Positions 56,536 through 64,000 of a DNA stretch of 64,000 nt are shown here, in pieces; the stretch's first letter is position 1, and each line of letters opens with the position of its first letter. A model generated the notes under the pieces. It was given only the letters and a program-made list of their open reading frames with translations, was not told the origin of the DNA and made no database searches. The position numbers and the translations under genes are program-made. The stretch is taken from positions 27,640 to 91,639 of the forward strand of contig CALLQB010000003.1 of assembly GCA_938015295.1 (NCBI GenBank), read 5' to 3'. The DNA is from an uncultured Acidimicrobiales bacterium. Its GTDB lineage: Bacteria; Actinomycetota; Acidimicrobiia; Acidimicrobiales; SHLQ01.

Positions 56536-56597
56536 AAGGGGTCAGGCACTTATGGGGTCAGGCACATAAAGTGCCTGACCCCTTATCGACCCCTTAT
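56536..56597. repeat. palindromic repeat element / terminator-like, same family as 18505..18539, with duplicated arms
   Basis: There are two left arms: AAGGGGTCAGGCACTT at 56536..56551 and ATGGGGTCAGGCAC at 56552..56565. There is one right arm, GTGCCTGACCCCTT, at 56571..56584. GACCCCTTAT is repeated at 56577 and 56588. The element lies between the convergent stops at 56523 and 56594. Confidence 0.7.
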
Positions 56598-57106
56598 CTT
56601 GTTCGTATCGGGTTGGTGCCGTCCCAGTCTTTGGCGATGTCGGCGATGTGGTCGAAGAAGGCAGTCATCGACTCGTTGGGGTCGACGATCTCAACATAGG
56701 GGACCCCGCACGCTCCGGTCATGTACAGAAACCGGTTCCCGTTGGACGTTTCGCCATGCTGCACAACTTCGGCGCCTTGGCCGGTGAAGTGTGCCTGGGC
56801 GGCGTCGATGTCGGCCCAGTAACAGACGTGATGTAATCCCGAACCGCCACCGTTGTCGAGAAACTCCTTATACAACGAGGGGTAGGCGAGGTCGGGCTCG
56901 ATAAGTTCGATCTGCTGGCCACCAGATTGGGCCAAGCCCATCCTTGCTTTCATCCGCGTCGTCTCGCCCCGGTACTGCGCATCGGCAAGGTCGAAGTCGA
57001 AGATCGTCCACGGCCCGACGCCATGCACGGCCACCCATTGTGCGGCGGCGGCTTCCATATCGCTGACGACAAAGGCACTTTGTCGCAGCGGTCCGAGGTT
57101 GATCAC
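56594..57106 (-). CDS. VOC-family (glyoxalase/bleomycin resistance/extradiol dioxygenase fold) protein
   Basis: 170 aa with two beta-alpha-beta-beta-beta-like halves, including HHVCYW and GVPYVEIVD. The start overlaps the upstream stop by 4 nt. Confidence 0.65.
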   Translation of the reverse strand: MINLGPLRQSAFVVSDMEAAAAQWVAVHGVGPWTIFDFDLADAQYRGETTRMKARMGLAQSGGQQIELIEPDLAYPSLYKEFLDNGGGSGLHHVCYWADIDAAQAHFTGQGAEVVQHGETSNGNRFLYMTGACGVPYVEIVDPNESMTAFFDHIADIAKDWDGTNPIRTR

Positions 57107-57642
57107 AGAGTTTCCTTTTGTTGTGTCGACGTGCCGGGGCCCAGCGGGCGATTGGCCGAAGGCCGGTCAAAGGAGCCCTGTCGGTACTTGCTCGGGTCGA
57201 TGGCCATTGGCGGGGGCTCGCCGGTTGCGGTGCCGTTGTGGGTGCAGACCCGATAGATGATTCGCCACTCGCCGTCACGCTTTTCGTAGGTATCGAGGTA
57301 ACGGCCGTACCAGGTATCGATGGTTCTACTATCGACGCGTTGCATGTTGGTGATGTTGTACACCTCGCCGTGGGCGGTCACGCCGTCGCTGTCAAGATCG
57401 ATCAGGTGGTTGTAGACCGAATGCATCGTCCACTCCCACTTGAGATGGGCTTCCATGCAGTAGTCGGAAAAGTCGTGCGCGTTGCCCACAAAGTTTCCGT
57501 GATCGTCGATGGCGTCTGGCCAGTACGCCGTCTTCATGTACTCGCCGTCGAGCCGATCGAGTCCGTGGCAGTACCGCAACACGGCATCGCGAATCTGTTC
57601 GCGGTCGGACAGCTGTTCGGCGGTGAATCCCTTGCTGGTCAT
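57103..57642 (-). CDS. SnoaL-like (NTF2-fold) protein
   Basis: ORF 57103..57708 trimmed to MTSKGFTAEQLSDREQIRDAVLRYCHGLD. It ends with the RDGEWRI pattern, and its start overlaps the Rieske oxygenase stop (ATGA). Confidence 0.6.
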   Translation of the reverse strand: MTSKGFTAEQLSDREQIRDAVLRYCHGLDRLDGEYMKTAYWPDAIDDHGNFVGNAHDFSDYCMEAHLKWEWTMHSVYNHLIDLDSDGVTAHGEVYNITNMQRVDSRTIDTWYGRYLDTYEKRDGEWRIIYRVCTHNGTATGEPPPMAIDPSKYRQGSFDRPSANRPLGPGTSTQQKETL

Positions 57643-58997
57643 CGGTGGCCACTCATGAAGTGGTTGAGCCAATCGTGGTAGTGCTGGACCCGTGATTCGT
57701 CGTCGCACAATACGGCTGTATCGAAGCCTCTCGAACGCATGCCGGCCTGGACATCGCGGATGAGATGAATGTCTTGATCGATAGTGCGGGTCATGGTTTT
57801 ACGCCCGGCGATGATGTCGTCTTGATCGAACACATCGTGTTCGGGACGCTCGGCCGGGGGCGTATCGGTTGGGTCGAACGGCACGAACTCGACACCGGCG
57901 GCCTTGGCGATCGCCGGGTCAGGGAAGCGGTGAAACGACAGTTTGTCCCACTCGCACTTGTTGGGGTCGGTGGGATGTGGACGCGAGCGCATGATGATGG
58001 CATCGTCAGGTTGCACCGTCACGACCGTATTTGGAAACACGTTGTACTGCTCGATGTCGGTGAGGCGCACGTCGCTCATAGCGGAGTAGTCGTAGCCCAA
58101 CGAGGCGCCAACCTCGCGCCGGACCCGCTGCACGTCGGCACGGATATCGAGGACCCGACCCTCATACTCATCGGGGTTGAGACCAAACATCCCCAGCTGA
58201 TGTTTGAGGTACGGCGTGGGGGTGTCGCTTACTGGTAGGCGGGTGTTGACGGTGTGGCCATAGATCAGTACGCCGGTGTGGCCGTTCTCGTAGAGGTCGG
58301 TTTGGGCGGTTGGACAGTCGAACATCAACTCATGCTGGGGATGAATATGTTCGACGTGGTACAACTCGCCGAAGTTGTCGATAACGGCCTTCCAGTTGCA
58401 GTCGAGTCGCACTGTTTGATCGGCGACGAGTGTCATGCCTGCCAAGTCATAGGGTTCGAGTATGTCGATGAGCGGACCGAGGAATTCCTCAAGCGGCGGT
58501 GCGTCTGGGCTCATGCAGATCCAGACCATGTCGCTGAACGTGCCGACCCGCACCGGTTGCAACGACCGGGCTTCGCAGTCGACGCCGCCCGAAAATCGTT
58601 CGATGTCGGGAACAACCGTGAGTGCGCCGCCGCGGTCATAGGTCCAGCCGTGGTACGGGCAGACGAAATTCTTCACCCAGCCTCGCTCGTTGACCATCAC
58701 CCGGGCGCCCCGGTGCTGGCAGACGTTATAGAACGCGCCAACGGTGCCCTCTTCGGTGCGGGTGACCAGGATCGATTCGTCGCCGACGTTGAACACCACA
58801 TATTCGCCGGGTTCCGCAACATCGCGTTCGAGGCACGCAAACAGCCACATATCTGGCCACAGCCGCTCGGTTTCGTCGCGCAGGTACTCGGGCGACACGT
58901 AGCGCTCGGCGGTGATCGGCGCAGTGCCGGAGGGCGACGGGTGATGCACCACCGTCGGGCGGGCATGGACGTCGGTAGACGCTTGTTGTGTGCTCAT
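57639..58997 (-). CDS. Rieske non-heme iron oxygenase alpha subunit (GbcA/Stc2/CntA-like group by appearance)
   Basis: ORF 57639..59207 trimmed to MSTQQAST. The Rieske motif is CQHRGARV...CPYHGWTY. The mononuclear iron region is NFGELYHVEHIHPQH. Confidence 0.88.
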   Translation of the reverse strand: MSTQQASTDVHARPTVVHHPSPSGTAPITAERYVSPEYLRDETERLWPDMWLFACLERDVAEPGEYVVFNVGDESILVTRTEEGTVGAFYNVCQHRGARVMVNERGWVKNFVCPYHGWTYDRGGALTVVPDIERFSGGVDCEARSLQPVRVGTFSDMVWICMSPDAPPLEEFLGPLIDILEPYDLAGMTLVADQTVRLDCNWKAVIDNFGELYHVEHIHPQHELMFDCPTAQTDLYENGHTGVLIYGHTVNTRLPVSDTPTPYLKHQLGMFGLNPDEYEGRVLDIRADVQRVRREVGASLGYDYSAMSDVRLTDIEQYNVFPNTVVTVQPDDAIIMRSRPHPTDPNKCEWDKLSFHRFPDPAIAKAAGVEFVPFDPTDTPPAERPEHDVFDQDDIIAGRKTMTRTIDQDIHLIRDVQAGMRSRGFDTAVLCDDESRVQHYHDWLNHFMSGHR

Positions 58998-59010
58998 AAC
59001 TCTCCTGTGC

Positions 59011-60243
59011 TCAGTTCCAGGCCACCGGGAGGCGGTAGCGCCCCCAGAGGAATGGTTGGGGCAGACGTTCGGTCGGGCCGTCGAGTCGAAGACTTGGCAG
59101 ACGGGTGATAAGCGTGTGTAGCGCCTCGCGGCCGGCGACACGAGCGACGTGGGCGCCGAGGCAAAAGTGTGGGCCCCAACCGAAGCTGTAATGGCGCCGG
59201 CTTTCAAGCAGCGGTCGGTCGACGACGAAGTCGTCGGGGTTCTCGAATGTTTCGGGGTCGCGGTTGGCCGCTCCGACCAGGTACATCACCTTGTGGTCGG
59301 CAGGAATCTCGACGCCATGGCGTTCGATTGGTTCGTTGTTTGTTCGGCAGTTGCCGAGCACAGGTGGGTCGAACCTGAGGCTCTCCTCGACGACGTTCTC
59401 GACCAACTCGGGATGGGCCAGCAGTTGTTCCCAGCGGTTGCGATCTTCGAGAAGCCGCCACACCATATTGGTGATGAGCGACGTGGTGGTTTCGTGGCCT
59501 GCGACGAGCATCATCGACACCAGGCCGGTGACTTCGTCGTCGGTAGCAAATGAACCATCTTCGAGCGGATGGCAACACAGTTGCGACAAGATACCGGCAG
59601 GAACCACGTTGCCTACCGGGTCCTCGCCGTCGGGCAGGTTCGCTTCTGCAACGGCATTGCGGCGCGTCATGACCTCGCCCATCGTGTAGCCGCGAACGGC
59701 TTCGCGGATGCCTACCGCTTTGTCCGGGAAGGCCATGCCCAAGGTGGTGAGGTCGGCCCAGTGTTTGAACCGGTCGGCTTCGGTTTCGTCCATGCCAAGG
59801 ATGCGGGCGAACGACACGATAGGCAACGGCACCGCGAAGTCATCGTGGAGTTCAGCGCTGCCGTGGTCGATCAGACCGTCGATGAGGTCTTCGGCGAGGG
59901 AACGCACCGCATCGGCATTTTTCTCGGCCGCTCGCGGAAGGAATGGCGCCCGAAGGAAACGACGCCGCACGCCGTGCTCGGGTGGGTCATAGCGCTGCAC
60001 GCTGCCGACACTTTTGTCGAAAGAGATGCCGGCTCCGTTGGCGTTTGACCAGAGGTCGGTATCGGTGAGCATTTCGTACACGTCGTCGCGTCGGACCATG
60101 CTAAACAGCGGATTGGCCAGCGTGTCGGAATGGGCGACCGGGCATCGGTCGGCCATCTCTGCGTATGCAGGAAACGGATCGGCCATGACCTCGGGCGCCG
60201 TTGGGTCGTACGGTGTTTCCGGGCCGTGAAGTGATTCGCTCAT
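59011..60243 (-). CDS. cytochrome P450
   Basis: Motifs: I-helix MLVAGHETTTS, EXXR (ESLRF), and heme loop FGWGPHFCLGAHVAR. Confidence 0.93.
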   Translation of the reverse strand: MSESLHGPETPYDPTAPEVMADPFPAYAEMADRCPVAHSDTLANPLFSMVRRDDVYEMLTDTDLWSNANGAGISFDKSVGSVQRYDPPEHGVRRRFLRAPFLPRAAEKNADAVRSLAEDLIDGLIDHGSAELHDDFAVPLPIVSFARILGMDETEADRFKHWADLTTLGMAFPDKAVGIREAVRGYTMGEVMTRRNAVAEANLPDGEDPVGNVVPAGILSQLCCHPLEDGSFATDDEVTGLVSMMLVAGHETTTSLITNMVWRLLEDRNRWEQLLAHPELVENVVEESLRFDPPVLGNCRTNNEPIERHGVEIPADHKVMYLVGAANRDPETFENPDDFVVDRPLLESRRHYSFGWGPHFCLGAHVARVAGREALHTLITRLPSLRLDGPTERLPQPFLWGRYRLPVAWN

Positions 60244-60333
60244 CAGGTCCGCCTTACTCGTCGAGTTACCGGATCGTTCTCCGGAAGCCTGTCAGACACC
60301 AGCCAGCCTTTCCAAAAAACTTCGCGAGACGAT

Positions 60334-60367
60334 TGTCTAGAGGCCTTGCTTGTCTAGAAGCCTTGCT
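60334..60367. repeat. 2 x 17-nt tandem direct repeat TGTCTAGA(G/A)GCCTTGCT upstream of the P450 gene
   Basis: Read directly; there is one mismatch between the units. A third partial copy, CCTAGAGGC, is at 60376..60384. The repeat lies 91-124 nt upstream of the P450 ATG, just after the hydrolase stop. Confidence 0.8.
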
Positions 60368-60369
60368 GG

Positions 60370-61158
60370 TCAGTGCCTAGAGGCATGGCTGTTCGCCAGA
60401 AGAAACGGTCGGAGAAATGCAAGGACGGCATCGGGCGCTTCGACGATGATCGAATGACGCAGCTCGGGAAGGATCACCAGTTCGCTGTTTGGCAGTTGCT
60501 CGTCGATGAACGTGTTGAGACGCGGGTTGCAACCCGGGTCGTTCTCGCCGGTCAGCACGAGGCACGGTGCAGCAACCTGATGTAGCCACGGCGCCATCTC
60601 GGTTTCGGCGTAGACATCAAACACCGACAGGAAGACCTCGGGTGGCGTGGTCAGTACCTGCTCTATGCGGTGGTCGATGATCGCCGGGTTCGCTTCGGCG
60701 AATGGCTCGGTGTACCAGCGGCCAACAAGGGTGGTGAGCACGTTGTCGATACCTTCGTCTCGCATTTTGGCGACGACCGCCTTCACTCGGGCGCTGTCGT
60801 CTTCGGTGCGGCCAGCGGCGGTGCTGAGGAGTCCAACCGAGAGCGTTCGTTCTGGGTGAGCGACCGCGTAGGCGGGGCCGATCATCCCGCCTAACGAATG
60901 GCCGATGACGTGGAGCGCTTCGTGGCCCAGCTTTACGCGGAGCGCTTCAAGATCTTCGACGAGCTGGTCGAGGGCGTACGGGACAGCGGGAATGGGACTA
61001 TCGCCGTGGCCTCGCAGGTCATAGACAACACAGGTGAACTCGCTGCTCAATGCGTCGACAAACGGTTGCCACATCGTCTTACGGCTGCCGATGCCGTGCA
61101 CCATGTAGAGCGGCGGACCCGACCCTGTGCATTCGTAGGCGACGTCAATTGCGGTCAC
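60370..61158 (-). CDS. alpha/beta-fold hydrolase (3-oxoadipate enol-lactonase-like)
   Basis: Motifs: HGIGS, the nucleophile elbow VIGHSLGG, and a C-terminal H in ELRHSIIVE. Confidence 0.85.
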   Translation of the reverse strand: MTAIDVAYECTGSGPPLYMVHGIGSRKTMWQPFVDALSSEFTCVVYDLRGHGDSPIPAVPYALDQLVEDLEALRVKLGHEALHVIGHSLGGMIGPAYAVAHPERTLSVGLLSTAAGRTEDDSARVKAVVAKMRDEGIDNVLTTLVGRWYTEPFAEANPAIIDHRIEQVLTTPPEVFLSVFDVYAETEMAPWLHQVAAPCLVLTGENDPGCNPRLNTFIDEQLPNSELVILPELRHSIIVEAPDAVLAFLRPFLLANSHASRH

Positions 61159-61170
61159 AGGGGGCTGCTT

Positions 61171-61593
61171 TCAGTTCTGGCTGTCGGTTTGGCTGGTTCG
61201 TTCGAAGGCATTGGGGTCGCGGTATTGGCGGTAGGCGCCGATGTGGCCGTCGGGGGTGAGCTCAAAGACCCCGACGAACCGGTTGCGATACAGGGCGCCG
61301 TTGGCAAGAATCTCGGCGTTGGCCCGCCACTCGGCGACAACCGTGCCGCCGTTGTTGAGCCCAGACGCATCGTGAACTGTCACCTCGTCGAACGTGAAGG
61401 GGCCGAACACAGAAACGGCGCCTCCGAAGTAACCGACGATGGTGTCGCGCCCAACGTAGCTGACCGGTTGGCCGTCTTCGCCGTCGTACATTGTCGTCAT
61501 CGTTGCCTGAGCGGTGAAGAGGTCGCCGAAGGCCACGAGGTCGCCTGATCCGAGGTGCTGATGGAAGGTTGCGATGAGTTCGTTGCCGGTCAT
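61171..61593 (-). CDS. SnoaL-like / ketosteroid-isomerase-like (NTF2-fold) protein
   Basis: ORF 61171..61899 trimmed to MTGNELIATFHQHLGSGDLVAFGDLF. It is 140 aa, and its start overlaps the upstream stop (ATGA). Confidence 0.55.
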   Translation of the reverse strand: MTGNELIATFHQHLGSGDLVAFGDLFTAQATMTTMYDGEDGQPVSYVGRDTIVGYFGGAVSVFGPFTFDEVTVHDASGLNNGGTVVAEWRANAEILANGALYRNRFVGVFELTPDGHIGAYRQYRDPNAFERTSQTDSQN

Positions 61594-62075
61594 GGTTGTG
61601 GTTCCTTCGCGAGTCCGTCGACGACCTCGGCGGTTGGGTGGAGAGCGAGTGTGGCGGGCGGAACCAAGAGCTTGCGGTCGCGCGATCCGCCACCGACGAT
61701 GACCTGGTCGCACTCCATCACTCGGCTGTCGATCAGCAGCGGCAACGCGCTTGTTGTGCCGAAGGGCGTGACCCCGCCAATCTGCATGCCCGTGAGTTCG
61801 ATGGTTTCGTCGGCTGACGCGAACGAAGCCTTCTTGGTGCCGAGGCGTTTTCGCACCACCTTGTTGACGTCGAGTCGGGTGTGTGCAAGGACAAGGCAAA
61901 TCGCGTACGCCGGCGGGTCGGCTTTTCCGGTCACGACGATCGCGTTGGCCGAGATTTCGGGGGAGTAACCGTACGCTTCACAAAAAGCTGCGGTGTCAGC
62001 GAGTTGAAGGTCGCACGGCACGAGTTCGAAGTCAGCGCCGAGGGTGTTGAGTTGGTCAAGAACGGGGTCGGACAT
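61590..62075 (-). CDS. YbaK/EbsC-type aminoacyl-tRNA deacylase-domain protein
   Basis: ORF 61590..62165 trimmed to MSDPVLDQL. Segments: NAIVVTGK...AICLVLAHTRLD..KVRK.LG and TGMQIGGVTPFG. Confidence 0.65.
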   Translation of the reverse strand: MSDPVLDQLNTLGADFELVPCDLQLADTAAFCEAYGYSPEISANAIVVTGKADPPAYAICLVLAHTRLDVNKVVRKRLGTKKASFASADETIELTGMQIGGVTPFGTTSALPLLIDSRVMECDQVIVGGGSRDRKLLVPPATLALHPTAEVVDGLAKEPQP

Positions 62076-62149
62076 CTGGTCAATACTACCTGTTCCTCGA
62101 TCTGGGCTCGGAGTAGGCGAACGACTGGACGATCGTCCAGAATATTCGG

Positions 62150-63274
62150 ATGGTTGTTTCCACACCGACCCACGTCACCCTCTCTCCCCGTATCCGCACT
62201 TCGCCGTTCTACGAAGCGACGATCGCTGCTGGACTCACCGACTACACCATCTACAACAAGATGGTCATGCCAACCTCCTATGGAGACCTCGAAGCCGAAT
62301 ATCAGCGGCTCATCGAAGCCGTCGCGATCTGGGACGTTGGAGCCGAACGTCAGGTTGAAATCGACGGCCCCGATGCTGGTGTCTGCGCGCAATATCTCAG
62401 CGCCCGCGATCTCTCGAAGATGGTCGTGGGGCAAGGCAAATATGTGGCGATGTGTGATCACGAAGGCCGCATCCTGAACGATCCTGTGCTCATGAAGCTG
62501 TCGGAAAACCGCTACTGGTTCTCGCTTGCCGATCACGACATGTTGCTGTGGTGCAAAGCGGTAGCCGCCGAAAAGGGCTTCGACGTCCGGGTCCACGAAC
62601 CCGACGTATCGCCGCTTGCAGTGCAGGGGCCACGAGCCGAAGATCTCATCGCCGAACTCTTTGGTGAGCATATTCGCAAGCTCAAGTACTTCTGGTTTAC
62701 CGAAACCGAACTCGATGGCATACCCCTAGTGCTTTGCCGCTCGGGCTGGAGCAAGCAGGGCGGCTTCGAGCTGTTCTTGCGAGACGGCAGTCGTGGGACC
62801 GACCTCTGGAACACCGTCGTCGCAGCTGGCGAAAAGTACGGCATCGGGCCCGGCGCGCCCAACCATCGTGAACGGGTCGAAAGTGGCTTGTTGTCGTGGG
62901 GCGGCGACACGACCTACGACACGAACCCCTTCGAAGCAGGCATGGGTCGCTACACCGACGTCGATTGCGAAGCAGACTTTATCGGCAAAGAGGCATTGCA
63001 AAAGGTGGTGGCCCAGGGCGCCGATCGACTCTTTGTCGGGTTGGTTGTCGACACCGACGCGGCCGACGTATGGCCGCTTGCCGCTCGCACGCCGGTCACC
63101 GTGGACGGCGAAGAGGTAGGCACCATGAGTGCGATCATTTTCTCGCCGCGCCTACAACGCACCATCGGTCTAGCCCAAATCAAACGAGAGGTAGTCGAGT
63201 CGGGCACTGCAGTTGTGGTTGAGAGCCCCCACGGTCACAGCTCGGCAACGATCACCGAGCTGCCGTTTCTGTAA
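62150..63274 (+). CDS. GcvT-family aminomethyltransferase (folate-dependent demethylase-like)
   Basis: 374 aa. Segments: SPFYE, AIWDVGAERQVEIDGPDA, LAVQGPRAEDL, GWSKQGGFELF, and the C-terminal barrel. Confidence 0.8.
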   Translation: MVVSTPTHVTLSPRIRTSPFYEATIAAGLTDYTIYNKMVMPTSYGDLEAEYQRLIEAVAIWDVGAERQVEIDGPDAGVCAQYLSARDLSKMVVGQGKYVAMCDHEGRILNDPVLMKLSENRYWFSLADHDMLLWCKAVAAEKGFDVRVHEPDVSPLAVQGPRAEDLIAELFGEHIRKLKYFWFTETELDGIPLVLCRSGWSKQGGFELFLRDGSRGTDLWNTVVAAGEKYGIGPGAPNHRERVESGLLSWGGDTTYDTNPFEAGMGRYTDVDCEADFIGKEALQKVVAQGADRLFVGLVVDTDAADVWPLAARTPVTVDGEEVGTMSAIIFSPRLQRTIGLAQIKREVVESGTAVVVESPHGHSSATITELPFL

Positions 63275-63354
63275 CCCCGAACGGGTCTTGAGTAGTGTCG
63301 ATCCATGTCCGCATTACCCGAGATGCCAGGTTCCCGAGTGCCCGAGATTCCCAG

Positions 63355-64000
63355 ATGAAGGTCACGCCGCTTTCCGACACGATCGGAGCAACGGTCACCG
63401 GCGTTGATCTTGCAGTGGACGCAGGGGACCTCGCCGTCGAGTTGGTGTCGGCGTTGCAGTTTGCGCTGCTCGACCATCACGTCATCGTTATTCCTGCGCA
63501 GCACCTCAACGACGATCAACACCGAAGGCTGGCCGAAACCTGGGGGACTCCGCATCCACATCCGGTGGCCGGCATGTTGGGCTCAACCGAGGTTCTCGCC
63601 TCGGTCGAGAACTCTGCAGAAAAGCCTCCGCAAAAGGCTTCGCCCGATGGTGGCTGGCATACCGACTACACGTTTCATACCCACATCGCCGATGCCGCCA
63701 TGTTACGGGCCGAAGTGTGCCCTCCGCACGGTGGTGCAACAGGTTGGGCGTCGACCCATGCTGCGTTCGATAGCTTGCCCGACGACGTAAAGACGCGCAT
63801 CGTTGGACTGTCGGCGCATCACGACCTCGGGCCGAAGTTCGAATTTGAGATGCGTCGGACCTACGGCGATGACACCGCCGATCAGATCGTGGAAAGCTTC
63901 GCCGGCGTCGATCACCCCGTTGTCGCAGAACACCCGGTCACAGGGCGCCCGTTGCTGTTCGTGAACCCGGGATACACCCGACACATCGTTGGCGTGTCCG
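63355..64000 (+). CDS. TauD/TfdA-family Fe(II)/2-oxoglutarate dioxygenase (partial, continues beyond the right edge)
   Basis: This frame is missing from the ORF track because it has no stop in the window. I translated it by hand from ATG 63355: MKVTPLSDTIGATVTGVDL...GGWHTDYTF (H-x-D)...HPVTGRPLLFVN, with no stop to position 64000. Confidence 0.8.
   Translation, partial: MKVTPLSDTIGATVTGVDLAVDAGDLAVELVSALQFALLDHHVIVIPAQHLNDDQHRRLAETWGTPHPHPVAGMLGSTEVLASVENSAEKPPQKASPDGGWHTDYTFHTHIADAAMLRAEVCPPHGGATGWASTHAAFDSLPDDVKTRIVGLSAHHDLGPKFEFEMRRTYGDDTADQIVESFAGVDHPVVAEHPVTGRPLLFVNPGYTRHIVGVS

Overview
This is a 64 kb high-GC, gene-dense chromosomal segment with about 60 protein genes, one tRNA, and no rRNA, CRISPR array, transposase or integrase. 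Frequent GTG/TTG starts, 1-4 nt gene overlaps and the gene content suggest an actinobacterium, possibly a marine Acidimicrobiia-like organism; this taxonomic guess is inference only. All family calls come from motifs I could read in the ORF-track translations; no database search was run.

Layout:
- 0.3-8.2 kb: a compact surface-polysaccharide cluster. It holds a Gfo/Idh/MocA oxidoreductase, a DegT aminotransferase, a Wzz-like protein, a fusion of a Wzy/ligase-like membrane domain with a phosphoglycosyl transferase, and two acyltransferase-like proteins. It ends at tRNA-Val(GAC).
- 8.4-18.5 kb: mixed housekeeping genes, including an SDR, dinB, a hydratase, a DUF1214-like/amidase operon, typA and a DEAD-box helicase.
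- 18.5-23.4 kb: a minus-strand operon of sulfotransferase, DUF1214-like protein, Zn-ADH and an enolase-superfamily enzyme.
- 24.2-29.7 kb: a six-gene plus-strand operon. It opens with a CotH-kinase lipoprotein interrupted by one in-frame TAG, a DUF4956 membrane protein and a VTC (polyphosphate-polymerase-type tunnel) protein, followed by three redox/NTF2-fold genes.
- 29.7-38.3 kb: a hybrid histidine kinase with Hpt, a membrane desaturase fused to a Rieske domain, an ADH, a thiolase, a Baeyer-Villiger monooxygenase and a Lin0512-type protein.
- 38.3-39.5 kb: a ResA/TlpA-like redoxin whose active-site codon is an in-frame TGA followed by a SECIS-like hairpin. It is a probable selenoprotein that the ORF track splits into two ORFs.
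- 39.5-64 kb: a large catabolic region that looks devoted to osmolytes, methylated amines and organosulfonates. It contains three TauD/TfdA paralogs, a non-Pyl MttB-family methyltransferase, two DAO-type flavoproteins, an aldehyde dehydrogenase, a GcvT-like aminomethyltransferase, and a Rieske oxygenase with a P450. It also carries LysR and ACT regulators, an ABC-F ATPase and tandem FKBPs.

Most noteworthy:
- the recoded redoxin;
- the CotH/DUF4956/VTC module and its amber codon;
- the Wzy-PGT fusion;
- two operons built around divergent DUF1214-like paralogs;
- a desaturase-Rieske fusion;
- a shared palindromic element at two convergent gene junctions.
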